Shown piece by piece: positions 39,277-49,562 of a stretch of DNA of 64,000 nucleotides (position 1 is the first letter of the stretch; each line of letters begins with the position of its first letter). The notes below the pieces were generated by a model that was not told the origin of the DNA, ran no database searches, and saw only the letters and a program-made list of their open reading frames with translations. Source of the stretch: Parcubacteria group bacterium GW2011_GWD2_42_14 (GTDB lineage: Bacteria > Patescibacteriota > Minisyncoccia > Phycocordibacterales > UBA12088); NCBI GenBank assembly GCA_000998045.1, contig LCCS01000007.1, positions 5,220 through 69,219 on the forward strand, written 5' to 3'. The position numbers and the translations under genes were made by a program.

Positions 39277-41007
39277 CTATTCAATTACAGGATCTGCATC
39301 AGAATCGGTATCTTCTTTCGTACTGGTGCTTATCGAATTCGTTCCTTGCGGTATAGCTTCCGGTACTTCATCTCTCGGAGTTTTTGGTACAAACGGCTGT
39401 GGGTTTGCCTTGGTGCCAAGCTCAGTCATTTCTCCCGTGTCGAGATCGTACCCAATAGTTTCTACATCACCATTGTCGTGCTTTGAATCAAACAGAAGAG
39501 CAAAGCGTGGGTTTTCATACTTTGTCCCCTCATTTTTTTCAAGTGTATGTTTTTTTTCGGTACGCATGTCGTACACCACAACCTCCCACGAAGAGCCTCG
39601 TTCGCTTTGCCAGGTGATAAGTCCGTCATACGCAGCTGGAAACATATCATGCACCACGTTGTCGGTAAGCTGTTCTATGTCAAACTCTTGCCCAATATCA
39701 TCTATGTCGGTCATCATGATTTCCCAGTTGGTATCCATCCATTCCTGCCAAACAATGGTGTCTCCCGCAATACTTGGGTTCGTGCTGTTTTGCCTGTTTT
39801 TCGTAACTTGGCGCGTCGTCTTGGTAGGTATCTCATGTATCATAATTTGTAGACGATCGTTCAACATTGCTTGCCAAACAATGCGCAAGGTTTCATCGTC
39901 AAACACTGGAGCAAAATCATCGTAGCTATTGTTCGTAATACGATGAATCTCAATACCATCAAAGTAAAATATTTCTTTGTCACCTTCCCTGTCCTTTTCT
40001 GCATACACGCGAGGATCTTCACTCGACACCTGCCGTTCTGGACCTGCAGCAACACAGTAGAATTCCCCATCAGACACCAAGGTACAATCTCCCTCGCCAA
40101 AAACATACTTATTCTCCATGTTGTGCACCACAGGTACCTCTCCATCAAAAACTTCATCAGTCGTTGTCGCGCTATCTTCTAAAGACTCATCGTCGACGTC
40201 GGTAACGACGTCGTTTTCATCAGTACCTGCAGTATTAGCACCCACATCACCTGTGACTTCGTTTTCGGTAGCACCTTCGTCTTCAAAACCGTCGTCAGAC
40301 GGAGGTGTTTCCTCATCTGTAACGGTCACATTTTCCTCAGTGTCATGAACATCGACTACTGCATCTTCTTCTGGCGAATCAGTCACCCCTTCGCCAGTTT
40401 CAGAAACAGCGTCTATATCGTCGTTACTAGTTTGGGTCACCTCTTCTCCATTGGTAACTACCTCTTCAGTCTCTGGGGTAGAATCTTCTTCTGCATCATA
40501 CACGTCCGCTTCAGGCACTATCGAGTCAGCTATTTCAGCACCTGAATCATCTACCACCTCACTAGAATCATTCCCCACATCTTCCGTTGTTTGAGAAAGA
40601 GGAGTACTTGGGGTATCTTCAAGCTCCATACCCATCGCTACGTAGACGGGTTGAAAAAGTATGAGCAAAATCAATATTTGTGTCACCATACGACCAAGGT
40701 AGCTGTCAATACCAAAACGAACCAACAAACTACTTGCAGGTGACCTGTCATGAGAAAAAATTTCTGATGATACTCGTCTTTGGGGAGAATCCCTTGAGGA
40801 CGCCAAGTAAAGTTTTTGAGGAATGTTTGGTGGAGGCTTAGGTTTTGAATGTAGAGCAATGTTACTATAGCTTGATACTGAGCCATTTTTTTGGCATGAC
40901 GGCGCATACACACCCCTAGGTTTGAGTATAACCGTATGGTTTTTTGTGTGATTTGACCGTGATGACATTGACATATACCAGCTAAAAAACGCAGAGAAAT
41001 TGCGCAA
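39277..41007 (-). CDS. Exported protein with long acidic linker and TolB-like beta-propeller C-domain (start uncertain)
   Basis: RITNNSYDDFAP, QVTKNRQNSTNPSIAGDTIVWQ, QLTDNVVHDMFP repeats; TM/signal ILILLILFQPVYVAMG. Confidence 0.7.
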   Translation of the reverse strand: MRNFSAFFSWYMSMSSRSNHTKNHTVILKPRGVYAPSCQKNGSVSSYSNIALHSKPKPPPNIPQKLYLASSRDSPQRRVSSEIFSHDRSPASSLLVRFGIDSYLGRMVTQILILLILFQPVYVAMGMELEDTPSTPLSQTTEDVGNDSSEVVDDSGAEIADSIVPEADVYDAEEDSTPETEEVVTNGEEVTQTSNDDIDAVSETGEGVTDSPEEDAVVDVHDTEENVTVTDEETPPSDDGFEDEGATENEVTGDVGANTAGTDENDVVTDVDDESLEDSATTTDEVFDGEVPVVHNMENKYVFGEGDCTLVSDGEFYCVAAGPERQVSSEDPRVYAEKDREGDKEIFYFDGIEIHRITNNSYDDFAPVFDDETLRIVWQAMLNDRLQIMIHEIPTKTTRQVTKNRQNSTNPSIAGDTIVWQEWMDTNWEIMMTDIDDIGQEFDIEQLTDNVVHDMFPAAYDGLITWQSERGSSWEVVVYDMRTEKKHTLEKNEGTKYENPRFALLFDSKHDNGDVETIGYDLDTGEMTELGTKANPQPFVPKTPRDEVPEAIPQGTNSISTSTKEDTDSDADPVIE

Positions 41008-41131
41008 TTTATCACATATATTGTATCACTACGTCACAGAGGTACTTCTACCTATTTTCCACATTGCAAATCCTAGGTTTTATGTCAAAAAAATTATGCA
41101 AAAAAGACAGCGTAATTCAGAAAAAAAAGAT

Positions 41132-41163
41132 AAAAAAGTCACAAGATTTCTCTTGCGACTTTT
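41132..41163 (-). terminator. Rho-independent terminator
   Basis: AAAAGTCACAAGA...TCTTGCGACTTTT downstream of 41190. Confidence 0.55.
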
Positions 41164-41189
41164 CTAAAAATTATTTGTAAACCCTTTAA

Positions 41190-41756
41190 TTACTCTTGAA
41201 AATCTGCTCGCATCATTCCTCGATGTAGCCCTCGTTGAAATCCTTGACCTACACGATTTGGCATTTCAAGTCCTAATTCTTCGCGGAGCTCATTTGCACG
41301 TACTATATCACCTGCCTCCATTGCCTCATGCATTGCAACAAACGTAGGGAAATTTTCTTCTGTTACCACTTCACGTATTTTTCCTCTTCCCCAATCTTCT
41401 GATTCAGATATAAAATCAGACCATGCCTCAAAATCGTTTTCTTCCAAAACTTTCGCAAGTTCCTCATGTCGCTCCATCTGCTCATTGTGTCGTTGTGACA
41501 TTGCTGTAAAACGTTCTTCAGTGAGTCCTTGTTTACACTGAGTAGACGCTATTTCTAACCATGATTCGTAATCACCCTCTTCAAGAGCTTGGTTGAACGC
41601 TTCACGTGTTTCTGCGCTTACCTGACCACGAAATCCTATGGTGTTTGTGTCATAAAATGCAGACACTCCTACCGCTCCTGCAAGTCCTGCTCCTATAATA
41701 GCTGCTACTGCGGAAAAACTAAGTAGTCGCGCATCTAGTGTTGTAATTTTTTTCAT
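41190..41756 (-). CDS. Secreted helical protein associated with the ECF sigma operon
   Basis: Signal peptide; duplicated ALEEGDYESW / VLEENDFEAW motif. Confidence 0.7.
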   Translation of the reverse strand: MKKITTLDARLLSFSAVAAIIGAGLAGAVGVSAFYDTNTIGFRGQVSAETREAFNQALEEGDYESWLEIASTQCKQGLTEERFTAMSQRHNEQMERHEELAKVLEENDFEAWSDFISESEDWGRGKIREVVTEENFPTFVAMHEAMEAGDIVRANELREELGLEMPNRVGQGFQRGLHRGMMRADFQE

Positions 41757-41808
41757 ATAAGTTAAATGAATTATTAATTGATTCTACTTGCTTACTACGT
41801 TCGTTTTT

Positions 41809-42603
41809 CTATCTTTCTTTCATTTCAGAAGGTTGGGATATTCGTACATGATTAGTCAAAGGACCACCACGTCCATGAAACGGCTGAACCAGTGTGGATT
41901 TAAACACATTTTCTCCTCCCTCTATGGTTGTTGTACCGACTACTCGTACCCGCATGCCCTCATGTGGCATTCTGAACGGGTGGTTATCATTTTCAGTGAT
42001 AATCACAACCTTGAGTACTTCACCATCCAATTTTTGTAACGTAAATGTTTCTTTTTCAACATTCGTGACCGTCCCCGCGATAACACCCTGATCTGTATCC
42101 ATCCACATTTTCGGTTGAAAATTCGTAAGGGGTCTATACATTGGCATTTCGGTGAGTAAGTAGCGGTCAATTGCTTCACCTACCCCTAATGCATGTGCAC
42201 TTGACCCTATCAAAATACTTACACCGACAGCAAGCGCCACGAGCCACGAGGAACTCCATCGGTATCCACGACGAGTCTCACGAAGCGCATAGACCGTATA
42301 AAAAATTGCTATACACAAGAGAAACAACCATAGAAACGGCACCAAACGAAAAAGAAACAACAGGTCAGAAAAGAGTATGTGGTGTTCCATAAAACGTGAT
42401 GCGTTTCCAATGTATATCGTAAGTGCTGTTGCCAAGCTTCCTATGAGCAGTGCCACACACACCATTCCCCACACTACCCACTCACGAACAAAAAAGTGCC
42501 ACTTTGGTTTTGGGTTCAAGCCTTTTTGTTCAATCAGATCCAAAATCTTTTTGCTCAAGTGTGGCGCCTCTGTTTTGTTTTGCTCGTCAATCATGTTGTT
42601 CAT
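41809..42603 (-). CDS. Putative membrane anti-sigma factor
   Basis: Three TM helices plus OB-fold-like C-domain; overlaps the sigma gene stop. Confidence 0.6.
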   Translation of the reverse strand: MNNMIDEQNKTEAPHLSKKILDLIEQKGLNPKPKWHFFVREWVVWGMVCVALLIGSLATALTIYIGNASRFMEHHILFSDLLFLFRLVPFLWLFLLCIAIFYTVYALRETRRGYRWSSSWLVALAVGVSILIGSSAHALGVGEAIDRYLLTEMPMYRPLTNFQPKMWMDTDQGVIAGTVTNVEKETFTLQKLDGEVLKVVIITENDNHPFRMPHEGMRVRVVGTTTIEGGENVFKSTLVQPFHGRGGPLTNHVRISQPSEMKER

Positions 42604-43150
42604 GCATACTGCTAAATTGTTTTTTCGCACGATGTATAAGTGTCGCTACTGTTCCACTTGGTGTGGTAAGAATGTCACTTATTTCCTCATAGCTTTTCCC
42701 CTCAAGAAAGTGTAGAACGAGAACGGTGTAATATTTTTCAGGCATATGCGAGAGAGTTCGTGCAACCGCGTCTTTGGTGAGCGTATACTCATGCGTACCA
42801 CGTGACACTTCCATACTATGTGCAAATGTTTGAAAGTCATCATCTCCCAGTGCTACTGTGTCCGGACGGACTTTTTTCTTACGGAGCCAATTTATTGCTT
42901 CGTTATGGGCTATGCGGTATATCCATGAGGAAAAGGAAAGTGCTGTATCGAACCCCTGCACATTGACATACGCTTTTATGAAAACTTCCTGCAAGACATC
43001 ATGGGCTTCTTCACCTAGTCCCGGCATTATACGCTTGAGATAGCGAAGTAACTTTTCTTCATACCTATCAACAAGGCACGCAAAGGCTTCGCGCTCAGTG
43101 CTCACGCGAATCATTATTTCCTCGTCGGTCTGTCCGGTACAATCTGCCAC
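42587..43150 (-). CDS. ECF RNA polymerase sigma factor
   Basis: DVLQEVFIKAY, FSSWIYRIAHN, LEGKSYEEISDILTTPSGTVATLIHRAKK. Confidence 0.92.
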   Translation of the reverse strand: MADCTGQTDEEIMIRVSTEREAFACLVDRYEEKLLRYLKRIMPGLGEEAHDVLQEVFIKAYVNVQGFDTALSFSSWIYRIAHNEAINWLRKKKVRPDTVALGDDDFQTFAHSMEVSRGTHEYTLTKDAVARTLSHMPEKYYTVLVLHFLEGKSYEEISDILTTPSGTVATLIHRAKKQFSSMHEQHD

Positions 43151-43287
43151 GATATCATCAGTGTACTACGTTAACGGGTTGCTGTTTCTTTCAAAATAGT
43201 GTGAAAATGTTTTGAGTTTACATACACAATATAGTCCATGGCAGACCTGGAACTAAACTCAGAAAGTACAAGTTGAAAAGGAGATAT

Positions 43288-43755
43288 TTACTTTTTTGTT
43301 GAAAGTAAATCGCGAATTTCAGTAAGCAACTGTTCCTGTTTTGACAGTATAGCTTTTTCTTCTTCTTCAGATTCTTTCTTCAGATTCTCCTCTTCTTTTT
43401 GAGCTTTTTTAAGAGTTTTAGCAATAACCAAATCTTTTTGTTTTTGAATTTCATTCATACCTTTCACAACGAGAAAAATGACAAAAGCCACTATGAGAAA
43501 GGTAATAATTGAGTTTATAAAAAATCCATACTGTACCGTTACCGCAGGAGCATCATTCACCGATTCTTTCAACGTCCATCGTAAATCACTAAAATCAATT
43601 CCTCCTGTAATATACCCAATCACGGGCATGATAATGTCATTCGTGAGCGAAGTGACAATCTTACCAAAAGCACCGCCCACCACCACAGCAACTGCCAAAT
43701 CAACCACATTGCCTCGCATGGCAAACTGCTTAAATTCTTCTAGAAAGTTTTTCAT
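43288..43755 (-). CDS. mscL: Large-conductance mechanosensitive channel
   Basis: EFKQFAMRGNVVDLAVAVVVGGAFGKIV; LLTEIRDLL. Confidence 0.97.
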   Translation of the reverse strand: MKNFLEEFKQFAMRGNVVDLAVAVVVGGAFGKIVTSLTNDIIMPVIGYITGGIDFSDLRWTLKESVNDAPAVTVQYGFFINSIITFLIVAFVIFLVVKGMNEIQKQKDLVIAKTLKKAQKEEENLKKESEEEEKAILSKQEQLLTEIRDLLSTKK

Positions 43756-43874
43756 CCCGTTAGAGACAGGTCACGAAGTGACCGTCGGTTAGTCTAATAA
43801 ATATCATGTATATTCTGTTTTTCCTTTCAGTACACATTACTCTGTTTATTACATATGTATCGTCTCTACGGGAT
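43754..43874. mobile_element. ~121-bp TIR element (family S), copy A, at the mscL start codon
   Basis: ATCCCGTTAGAGAC...GTCTCT(A)ACGGGAT; internal GGTCAC-GAA-GTGACC hairpin. Confidence 0.8.
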
Positions 43875-44090
43875 AATTTTTAATTTGAAATTTTTAATTT
43901 TTAGTGAATGACACAATGTTTTAATTTTTTTCTCGATTCTTAAAACACTTTTTAATTTTAAACATTAAAAATTCATTACGAATTGTAAATTAAAAATTTT
44001 AAATTATCTGTCGGTATTTTCATTATATACACTATCTCATAGTGGCTTACATGACAAATTAGGTTACACTGCTCTATAAGATCTATCCAT

Positions 44091-44951
44091 ATGAATATTT
44101 CACTCATACTGATTTCAGCAATCTTTATTATGCTCGCTTCACTCAGTGGGGCTATTTTTGCTTGGAAAACTATTGGTGACTGGCTTGCGCCACGCTTACG
44201 ATACTTGATTGCTCTTGCAGCAGGAGTGTTCGTGGTAATTATTTTTGGACTACTCACTGAAGTATTCCATGAGGGTGGGATGACGTACACTACAGTATTT
44301 GCGTTTTTTCTTGGAGCAGTACTCCTAGAAGGCGTTATACGACTACTGCCGGAAAACACCCACCACCACCACGAGGTAGATTGTGATCATCCGCACGGCA
44401 TCCTTGATGCTCGAAGAATGATGATGGTAGATGCGGTACACAACATACACGATGGACTCACCCTCGTACCCGCATTTTTAGTTTCCCCTGTTGTCGGCTA
44501 TGGTACCGCAGCAGGTATTTTTCTACATGAAATAGTGCAGGAGATATCAGAATTTTTCATTTTAAAAGAAGCTGGGTACACTGCACGCAAAGCGCTTCTA
44601 TGGAACTTTGCCGTATCATCCACTATTCTTGTTGGTGTACTTCTTGCAGCGACACTTGTGGCAACTGAACGTTTTTCTGGTCCGCTTATTGCCTTTTCTG
44701 CTGGCGGTTTTTTGTACGTACTTTTTCGTGATCTTGGTCCCAGTATTATTTTCCACGCTCGTAAAGAAAAGAAATACCTGCAGTATGGTATTTCTTTTTG
44801 TATCGGCTTCTTACTGATGCTCAGCGTGAGCTTGCTTGTTCCTCATGAACTCGAACTTGAGGAGGAGCTTCCTCTGCCAGAAGGATTTGGACTTGCCCGC
44901 ACACCAAGTCTCCTACTGTGCTACGGCACGCACAGTGAAACTGTGCAGTAG
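44091..44951 (+). CDS. ZIP-family metal transporter
   Basis: His-rich loop HHHHEVDCDH; DAVHNIHDG; LHEIVQEISEF. Confidence 0.9.
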   Translation: MNISLILISAIFIMLASLSGAIFAWKTIGDWLAPRLRYLIALAAGVFVVIIFGLLTEVFHEGGMTYTTVFAFFLGAVLLEGVIRLLPENTHHHHEVDCDHPHGILDARRMMMVDAVHNIHDGLTLVPAFLVSPVVGYGTAAGIFLHEIVQEISEFFILKEAGYTARKALLWNFAVSSTILVGVLLAATLVATERFSGPLIAFSAGGFLYVLFRDLGPSIIFHARKEKKYLQYGISFCIGFLLMLSVSLLVPHELELEEELPLPEGFGLARTPSLLLCYGTHSETVQ

Positions 44952-44975
44952 GAGACTTGGTGTGCGGGCTTGCCC
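44892..44975. mobile_element. 77-bp hairpin insertion flanked by CTTGCCC direct repeats
   Basis: 24-bp perfect IR GCCCGCACACCAAGTCTCCTACTG/CAGTAGGAGACTTGGTGTGCGGGC. Confidence 0.75.
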
Positions 44976-45117
44976 ATCGGTAATCAAAAATGTACCAAGT
45001 TCATGTCTTTGTTAATATATAAACATCACTTTTAAAAAATGATGTTTTACATACAAGACCTTTGTATGTGTGCGGGCTTGCCCTGTAGTTCAACTAAAAT
45101 GATTTGCTTGTATATTG

Positions 45118-45699
45118 CTAGTCTACAAGTATTTCTGTAGACTCTGGAAGTCGCTCACGAATTATTTCAATATCATTTTTTGAAACAGCGCTATTACCTC
45201 GAAGATCAAGCTGTGTGAGATTTTGAAGATTACCAATTTCGTAGGGCAAACCGGTAAGATTGTTATGGGAAAGATTCAAAACTTTTAGGTTATTCAATTG
45301 ACCTATCTCTGCAGGTACTCCGGTAAACGCATTATACGAGAGGTCAAGCACTACCAATTCTGAAAGAAATCGAATCTCTGCTTGAAGCGCTCCCTCAAGT
45401 GTATTGTGAGACAGATCAAGCTTTTCTATACCGAGGCGTTCAAATACATACGGTGGCACCTCTTGCAGGTTTTGGTCACGCAGACTAAGTGTTGCTCCAG
45501 CACGAATAGCATCCTCTACGAATGGTTTTTCTTCTAATTCATCAGGTAGATTTTGAACATCTGGTGGAGAAGTGGTTATAGGTGTACTTTTTACTTCCTG
45601 TTGAGGAACAGTTTGAGTATTCGCAATATACACCATCCCTATAATCCCCACGAGTGCAATTCCGCTTGCTACTGCTAGTGTTACGTGTGTGACTCTCAT
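45118..45699 (-). CDS. Membrane-anchored leucine-rich repeat protein
   Basis: LxxLxLxxNxLxxLPxEIGxL repeats; N-terminal TM. Confidence 0.88.
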   Translation of the reverse strand: MRVTHVTLAVASGIALVGIIGMVYIANTQTVPQQEVKSTPITTSPPDVQNLPDELEEKPFVEDAIRAGATLSLRDQNLQEVPPYVFERLGIEKLDLSHNTLEGALQAEIRFLSELVVLDLSYNAFTGVPAEIGQLNNLKVLNLSHNNLTGLPYEIGNLQNLTQLDLRGNSAVSKNDIEIIRERLPESTEILVD

Positions 45700-45741
45700 C
45701 TTGTAATTCTACCACGTATGTCATTTTGCTGATACGTGCTT

Positions 45742-47076
45742 TTATGAAGCGAGAAAGTCAATAGCTGCATCCACCCAAGGATCGCTTGATGTTGCTGATT
45801 TTGGATCAACTTGTATATCAGGTGTTAGTCCCCCATTTGAGATAGAAACACCATTCGGTGTATACCATCGAGCAACGGTCACCTTAAGCGACAGCTCGTC
45901 AGTAATACTTACAAGTTCTTGCACGGAACCTTTTCCAAAAGTATTGGTTCCGACTAGTGTTGCAACACCATGCTCTTGTAATGCTCCCGCAAGAATTTCA
46001 GAAGCAGAAGCACTTCCTTGGTCAACTAATATCGCTACACGCGGAACCGACTCTTTAAACAACATCCTTCCGTGCGAAGTATGTACAATCTCTTTCTTTT
46101 CTGGACCACTATACTCACGCACCACGACTGCACCCTCGGGTAAAAACCAACTCGCTATCTGTATGGCTGATTCAATATATCCACCAGGATTTCCCCGCAA
46201 ATCAAGAATAAGTGATGATGCGCCACTTTCTACAAAAGACGTAAGTTCTCGTTCAAAAGAAGCGATTGATGTTTGAGAAAAACTAAAAAGTTGCAGAAGA
46301 TAAAAATCTTGGACTTCTGTTTCAGCTGGTTCAGGAGATGGTTCTGTAGAAGCTGGAGTACCTGGCGTGTCATTATTTGAAGCTACCGCAATTACAGGCA
46401 CTTCACGTTCTATCACCGTATGGGCTGTAGAAGGTATCTCAATCGTTCCTCGAATTATGGAGACATCACGAGGTTCTTGCCCTTCACTCTGTATAGAGAG
46501 CACCACTTCGGTACCACCTTCCCCACGGATAAGCTTAACCGCATCGTCAACAAGCATGCCACCTGTCTCCACTCCATCTATCTTGAGTATTTTGTCCCCC
46601 GAGACAAGTCCCGCAGACTCGGCGGGCGATCCTGTAAGTGGTCCCACCACCACGAGTCCGCCATCCCGCTCACCTATAACTGCACCGATGCCTTCGAGTG
46701 AACCCTTTGTTGCGATCTTAAAATCTTCTGAAACTTGAGGACGCATAAAAACTGTGTATGGGTCATTGTAGCTCGCTACCAAACCCTCTATAGATCGATA
46801 GACCCTATCCTCTGCGGGAATTTCTTCCGCAGTGCTCGTTCCGAAAGGAATAAACTTTCGCTCAAGCGTATTCCATACTCTCCAGTACGGTGTAAAGTCA
46901 AACTTTTCACCTGCACCACCTATTTGCGCAGTCAGCACATCTCCTTGAATATTATCAAGGGTTGAAACTTTTTCTGACTCGGCGAGTTGGTTCTGTCCCA
47001 CATATATTCCACCTACAAAAACTGCTCCGAGCACAACAACATAAACACCGAGTAAGCTAGCTTTGTTCGCATTCAT
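45742..47076 (-). CDS. ctpA: S41 carboxyl-terminal processing protease with PDZ domain
   Basis: LILDLRGNPGG, SASASEILAGAL, TFGKGSVQ. Start MNANK at 47076 with TATACT 7 nt upstream. Confidence 0.9.
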   Translation of the reverse strand: MNANKASLLGVYVVVLGAVFVGGIYVGQNQLAESEKVSTLDNIQGDVLTAQIGGAGEKFDFTPYWRVWNTLERKFIPFGTSTAEEIPAEDRVYRSIEGLVASYNDPYTVFMRPQVSEDFKIATKGSLEGIGAVIGERDGGLVVVGPLTGSPAESAGLVSGDKILKIDGVETGGMLVDDAVKLIRGEGGTEVVLSIQSEGQEPRDVSIIRGTIEIPSTAHTVIEREVPVIAVASNNDTPGTPASTEPSPEPAETEVQDFYLLQLFSFSQTSIASFERELTSFVESGASSLILDLRGNPGGYIESAIQIASWFLPEGAVVVREYSGPEKKEIVHTSHGRMLFKESVPRVAILVDQGSASASEILAGALQEHGVATLVGTNTFGKGSVQELVSITDELSLKVTVARWYTPNGVSISNGGLTPDIQVDPKSATSSDPWVDAAIDFLAS

Positions 47077-47159
47077 GGGTAACAGTATACACGTGTACTC
47101 CATTAAAACCCATACATGTCTACCATGGAAACACTGATATATCATGGTAGTATTAGCAC

Positions 47160-48626
47160 ATGGGACAATGCGTCACAATTAAAAATGCAACCGCATTTAT
47201 CCTGCTTGGCGCAACAGGTGATTTGGCTCAAAAGAAACTTTTACCGGCTCTTATTGATTTATTTGAGAAAGGCGTCCTTCCAAAACGTTTTTACATACTC
47301 GCTTTCTCAAGAAGTTCTCTTGATACGGCAGGATATCGAGAATTCGTAAGAAAACATATAGAAGCAAAAGGCAAGCAGTACACACAAAAAAGTATTGAGG
47401 ATTTTCTAAGTATTATTGAATACACACAAGGAAATTTTGATGAACCTGCAGCATTTGAGCGCACAAAAAAAATTCTAGAAGCCTACGATGAACGTATAGG
47501 CACCTGCTCAAGCAAACTTTTTTATCTCGCAGTCCCTCCACAGTTTTATGATGCTATTTTTGAACAGTTAGCCAACGTTAAACTGGAGCAACCGTGTATG
47601 GTTGGAGATGGATGGACACGCATCTTGGTTGAAAAGCCTTTCGGTAGCAACCTCGAAAACGCCCAGCACCTTGATGAAAAACTGAGTAAACTTTTTCACG
47701 AGGAACAAATTTATCGTATTGACCACTATCTTGCTAAAAGCGCACTCCAAAATATCATTGCATTCCGTTTTTCAAATGTGCTCTTTGAGGATAAGTGGAA
47801 CAATGAAAACATAGAGTCTGTTTACATTACCCTTTATGAAACCATCGACGTCACTACCCGAGGAGCTTTTTTTGACAAAGTTGGTGCACTCAGAGATATG
47901 GGACAAAATCACATTCTTCAAATGCTCACCCTCATAGCCATGGATCATCCCGAAAAACTTGAAGCTTCTAATCTGCGCCAAAAACGTGCAGAGATTTTAG
48001 AGGCGTTGCGCATACCAACACACCGTGAGAGTTTGACCGATATTGTGAAGGGACAATACGAAGGGTATCAATACGTGAAAGATGTAGAAAAAGGCTCAAA
48101 AACTGAAACATACTTTTTGGTGAAAGCGTTCCTTGATACCCCACGATGGCAAGGAGTTCCCTTCTATTTAGAACACGGCAAATCATTATCAAAAAGTGAA
48201 ACGGCAATAACGGTACGATTTCGCTCTGCAAAAAACTGTGTTTGTAACGAGGGAGAAAAACATAACCATCAAAATATTGTTCGCTTCACCATCTCACCAG
48301 AACAAAAAATTTCTGTGCAATTCTGGGTTCGCAAGCAGGGCCTTAAGTACGAACTACAACCAAGAGAATTACTCTTTGACCGTACAACGACACCTCCAGA
48401 AGATCGAAAACTTATTTCAGACCCGTATGAAGAAGTACTTTTTGATGCACTCTGTGGCGACCAAACCTTGTTTGTGAGCAACAAAGAGCAACATGCAGCG
48501 TGGAAATACATCACTGCCATACTTGAGTTATGGGAGGACGTTGTACCACTTTCTTACGCTTCTGGAAGTTTCGGACCAGAATCAAAACTTAAAAAAGAGA
48601 TTGAGGAATCATTATTGTTACAGTAA
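47160..48626 (+). CDS. zwf: Glucose-6-phosphate 1-dehydrogenase
   Basis: GATGDLA, VEKPFG, YRIDHYLAK, RWQGVPF. Confidence 0.97.
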   Translation: MGQCVTIKNATAFILLGATGDLAQKKLLPALIDLFEKGVLPKRFYILAFSRSSLDTAGYREFVRKHIEAKGKQYTQKSIEDFLSIIEYTQGNFDEPAAFERTKKILEAYDERIGTCSSKLFYLAVPPQFYDAIFEQLANVKLEQPCMVGDGWTRILVEKPFGSNLENAQHLDEKLSKLFHEEQIYRIDHYLAKSALQNIIAFRFSNVLFEDKWNNENIESVYITLYETIDVTTRGAFFDKVGALRDMGQNHILQMLTLIAMDHPEKLEASNLRQKRAEILEALRIPTHRESLTDIVKGQYEGYQYVKDVEKGSKTETYFLVKAFLDTPRWQGVPFYLEHGKSLSKSETAITVRFRSAKNCVCNEGEKHNHQNIVRFTISPEQKISVQFWVRKQGLKYELQPRELLFDRTTTPPEDRKLISDPYEEVLFDALCGDQTLFVSNKEQHAAWKYITAILELWEDVVPLSYASGSFGPESKLKKEIEESLLLQ

Positions 48627-48640
48627 TATAAGATGGCACT

Positions 48641-49561
48641 ATGAACATTGCATACATAGGACTCGGCAAAATGGGACGAAATATGGTAGAACGACTTATT
48701 AGTCGAGGGCATACCGTCACTGCGTATGACAGTAATCCTGAAGCACGAGTAGTAGCAGAAAAATTGGGTGCAACCGTAGTGAATACCTTAGATGCACTTA
48801 TAGAAAACACCCCTGCACCTAGGACCGTATGGCTCATGGTGCCTCATCATGTCGTTGAAACGGTGCTTGAAGAATTAAAGCTACACCTTGAAAAAGGCGA
48901 TACTATTATTGAAGGCGGTAACTCACCATTTAGAGAGACGATACGTCGTCACAAAGAGTTTGAAGCTATGGGTATTGCTTTTTTAGACGCGGGAGTAAGT
49001 GGCGGACCTGGTGGTGCAAAAGATGGCGCATGTATCATGGTAGGTGGAAAACAAGAGCACTACAATAACTACGAATCTCTTTTTAAAGATCTTGCAGTCC
49101 GTAATGGCTACGCCTACATTGGAAGTACCGGTTCAGGACATTTTGTAAAAATGGTACACAACGGTATCGAGTACGGAATGATGCAAGCACTTGCGGAAGG
49201 TTTTGATATGTTACAGCAAGCCCACTTTGAAAAGCCGCTTCCACTTACTGCGATTGCAAATCTTTACAACCATGGCAGTGTCATAGAATCACGTCTTGTG
49301 GGGTGGCTCTTGAAAGGATTTGAGATGTACGGAGAAGACTTGGAAGCGATTACCGGAAGTGCACAAGCAAGCGGAGAGGGTCTCTGGACTGTCGAGACAG
49401 CGAAAGATATGAGAATTCCGGTTGACGTCATTGAAGGAGCACTTACCGCCCGAACAAAAAGTTGTACAAATCCAAATTATCAGGGTCAACTTATCTCGGT
49501 TATGCGTAACCAGTTTGGAGGACACGAGTGTACCCTGCCAGAAGATAAAAAACAATCATAA
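48641..49561 (+). CDS. gnd: 6-phosphogluconate dehydrogenase (short, decarboxylating)
   Basis: IGLGKMG, DAGVSGG, GHFVKMVHNGIEYG, MRNQFGGH. Confidence 0.95.
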   Translation: MNIAYIGLGKMGRNMVERLISRGHTVTAYDSNPEARVVAEKLGATVVNTLDALIENTPAPRTVWLMVPHHVVETVLEELKLHLEKGDTIIEGGNSPFRETIRRHKEFEAMGIAFLDAGVSGGPGGAKDGACIMVGGKQEHYNNYESLFKDLAVRNGYAYIGSTGSGHFVKMVHNGIEYGMMQALAEGFDMLQQAHFEKPLPLTAIANLYNHGSVIESRLVGWLLKGFEMYGEDLEAITGSAQASGEGLWTVETAKDMRIPVDVIEGALTARTKSCTNPNYQGQLISVMRNQFGGHECTLPEDKKQS

Positions 49562-49562
49562 T

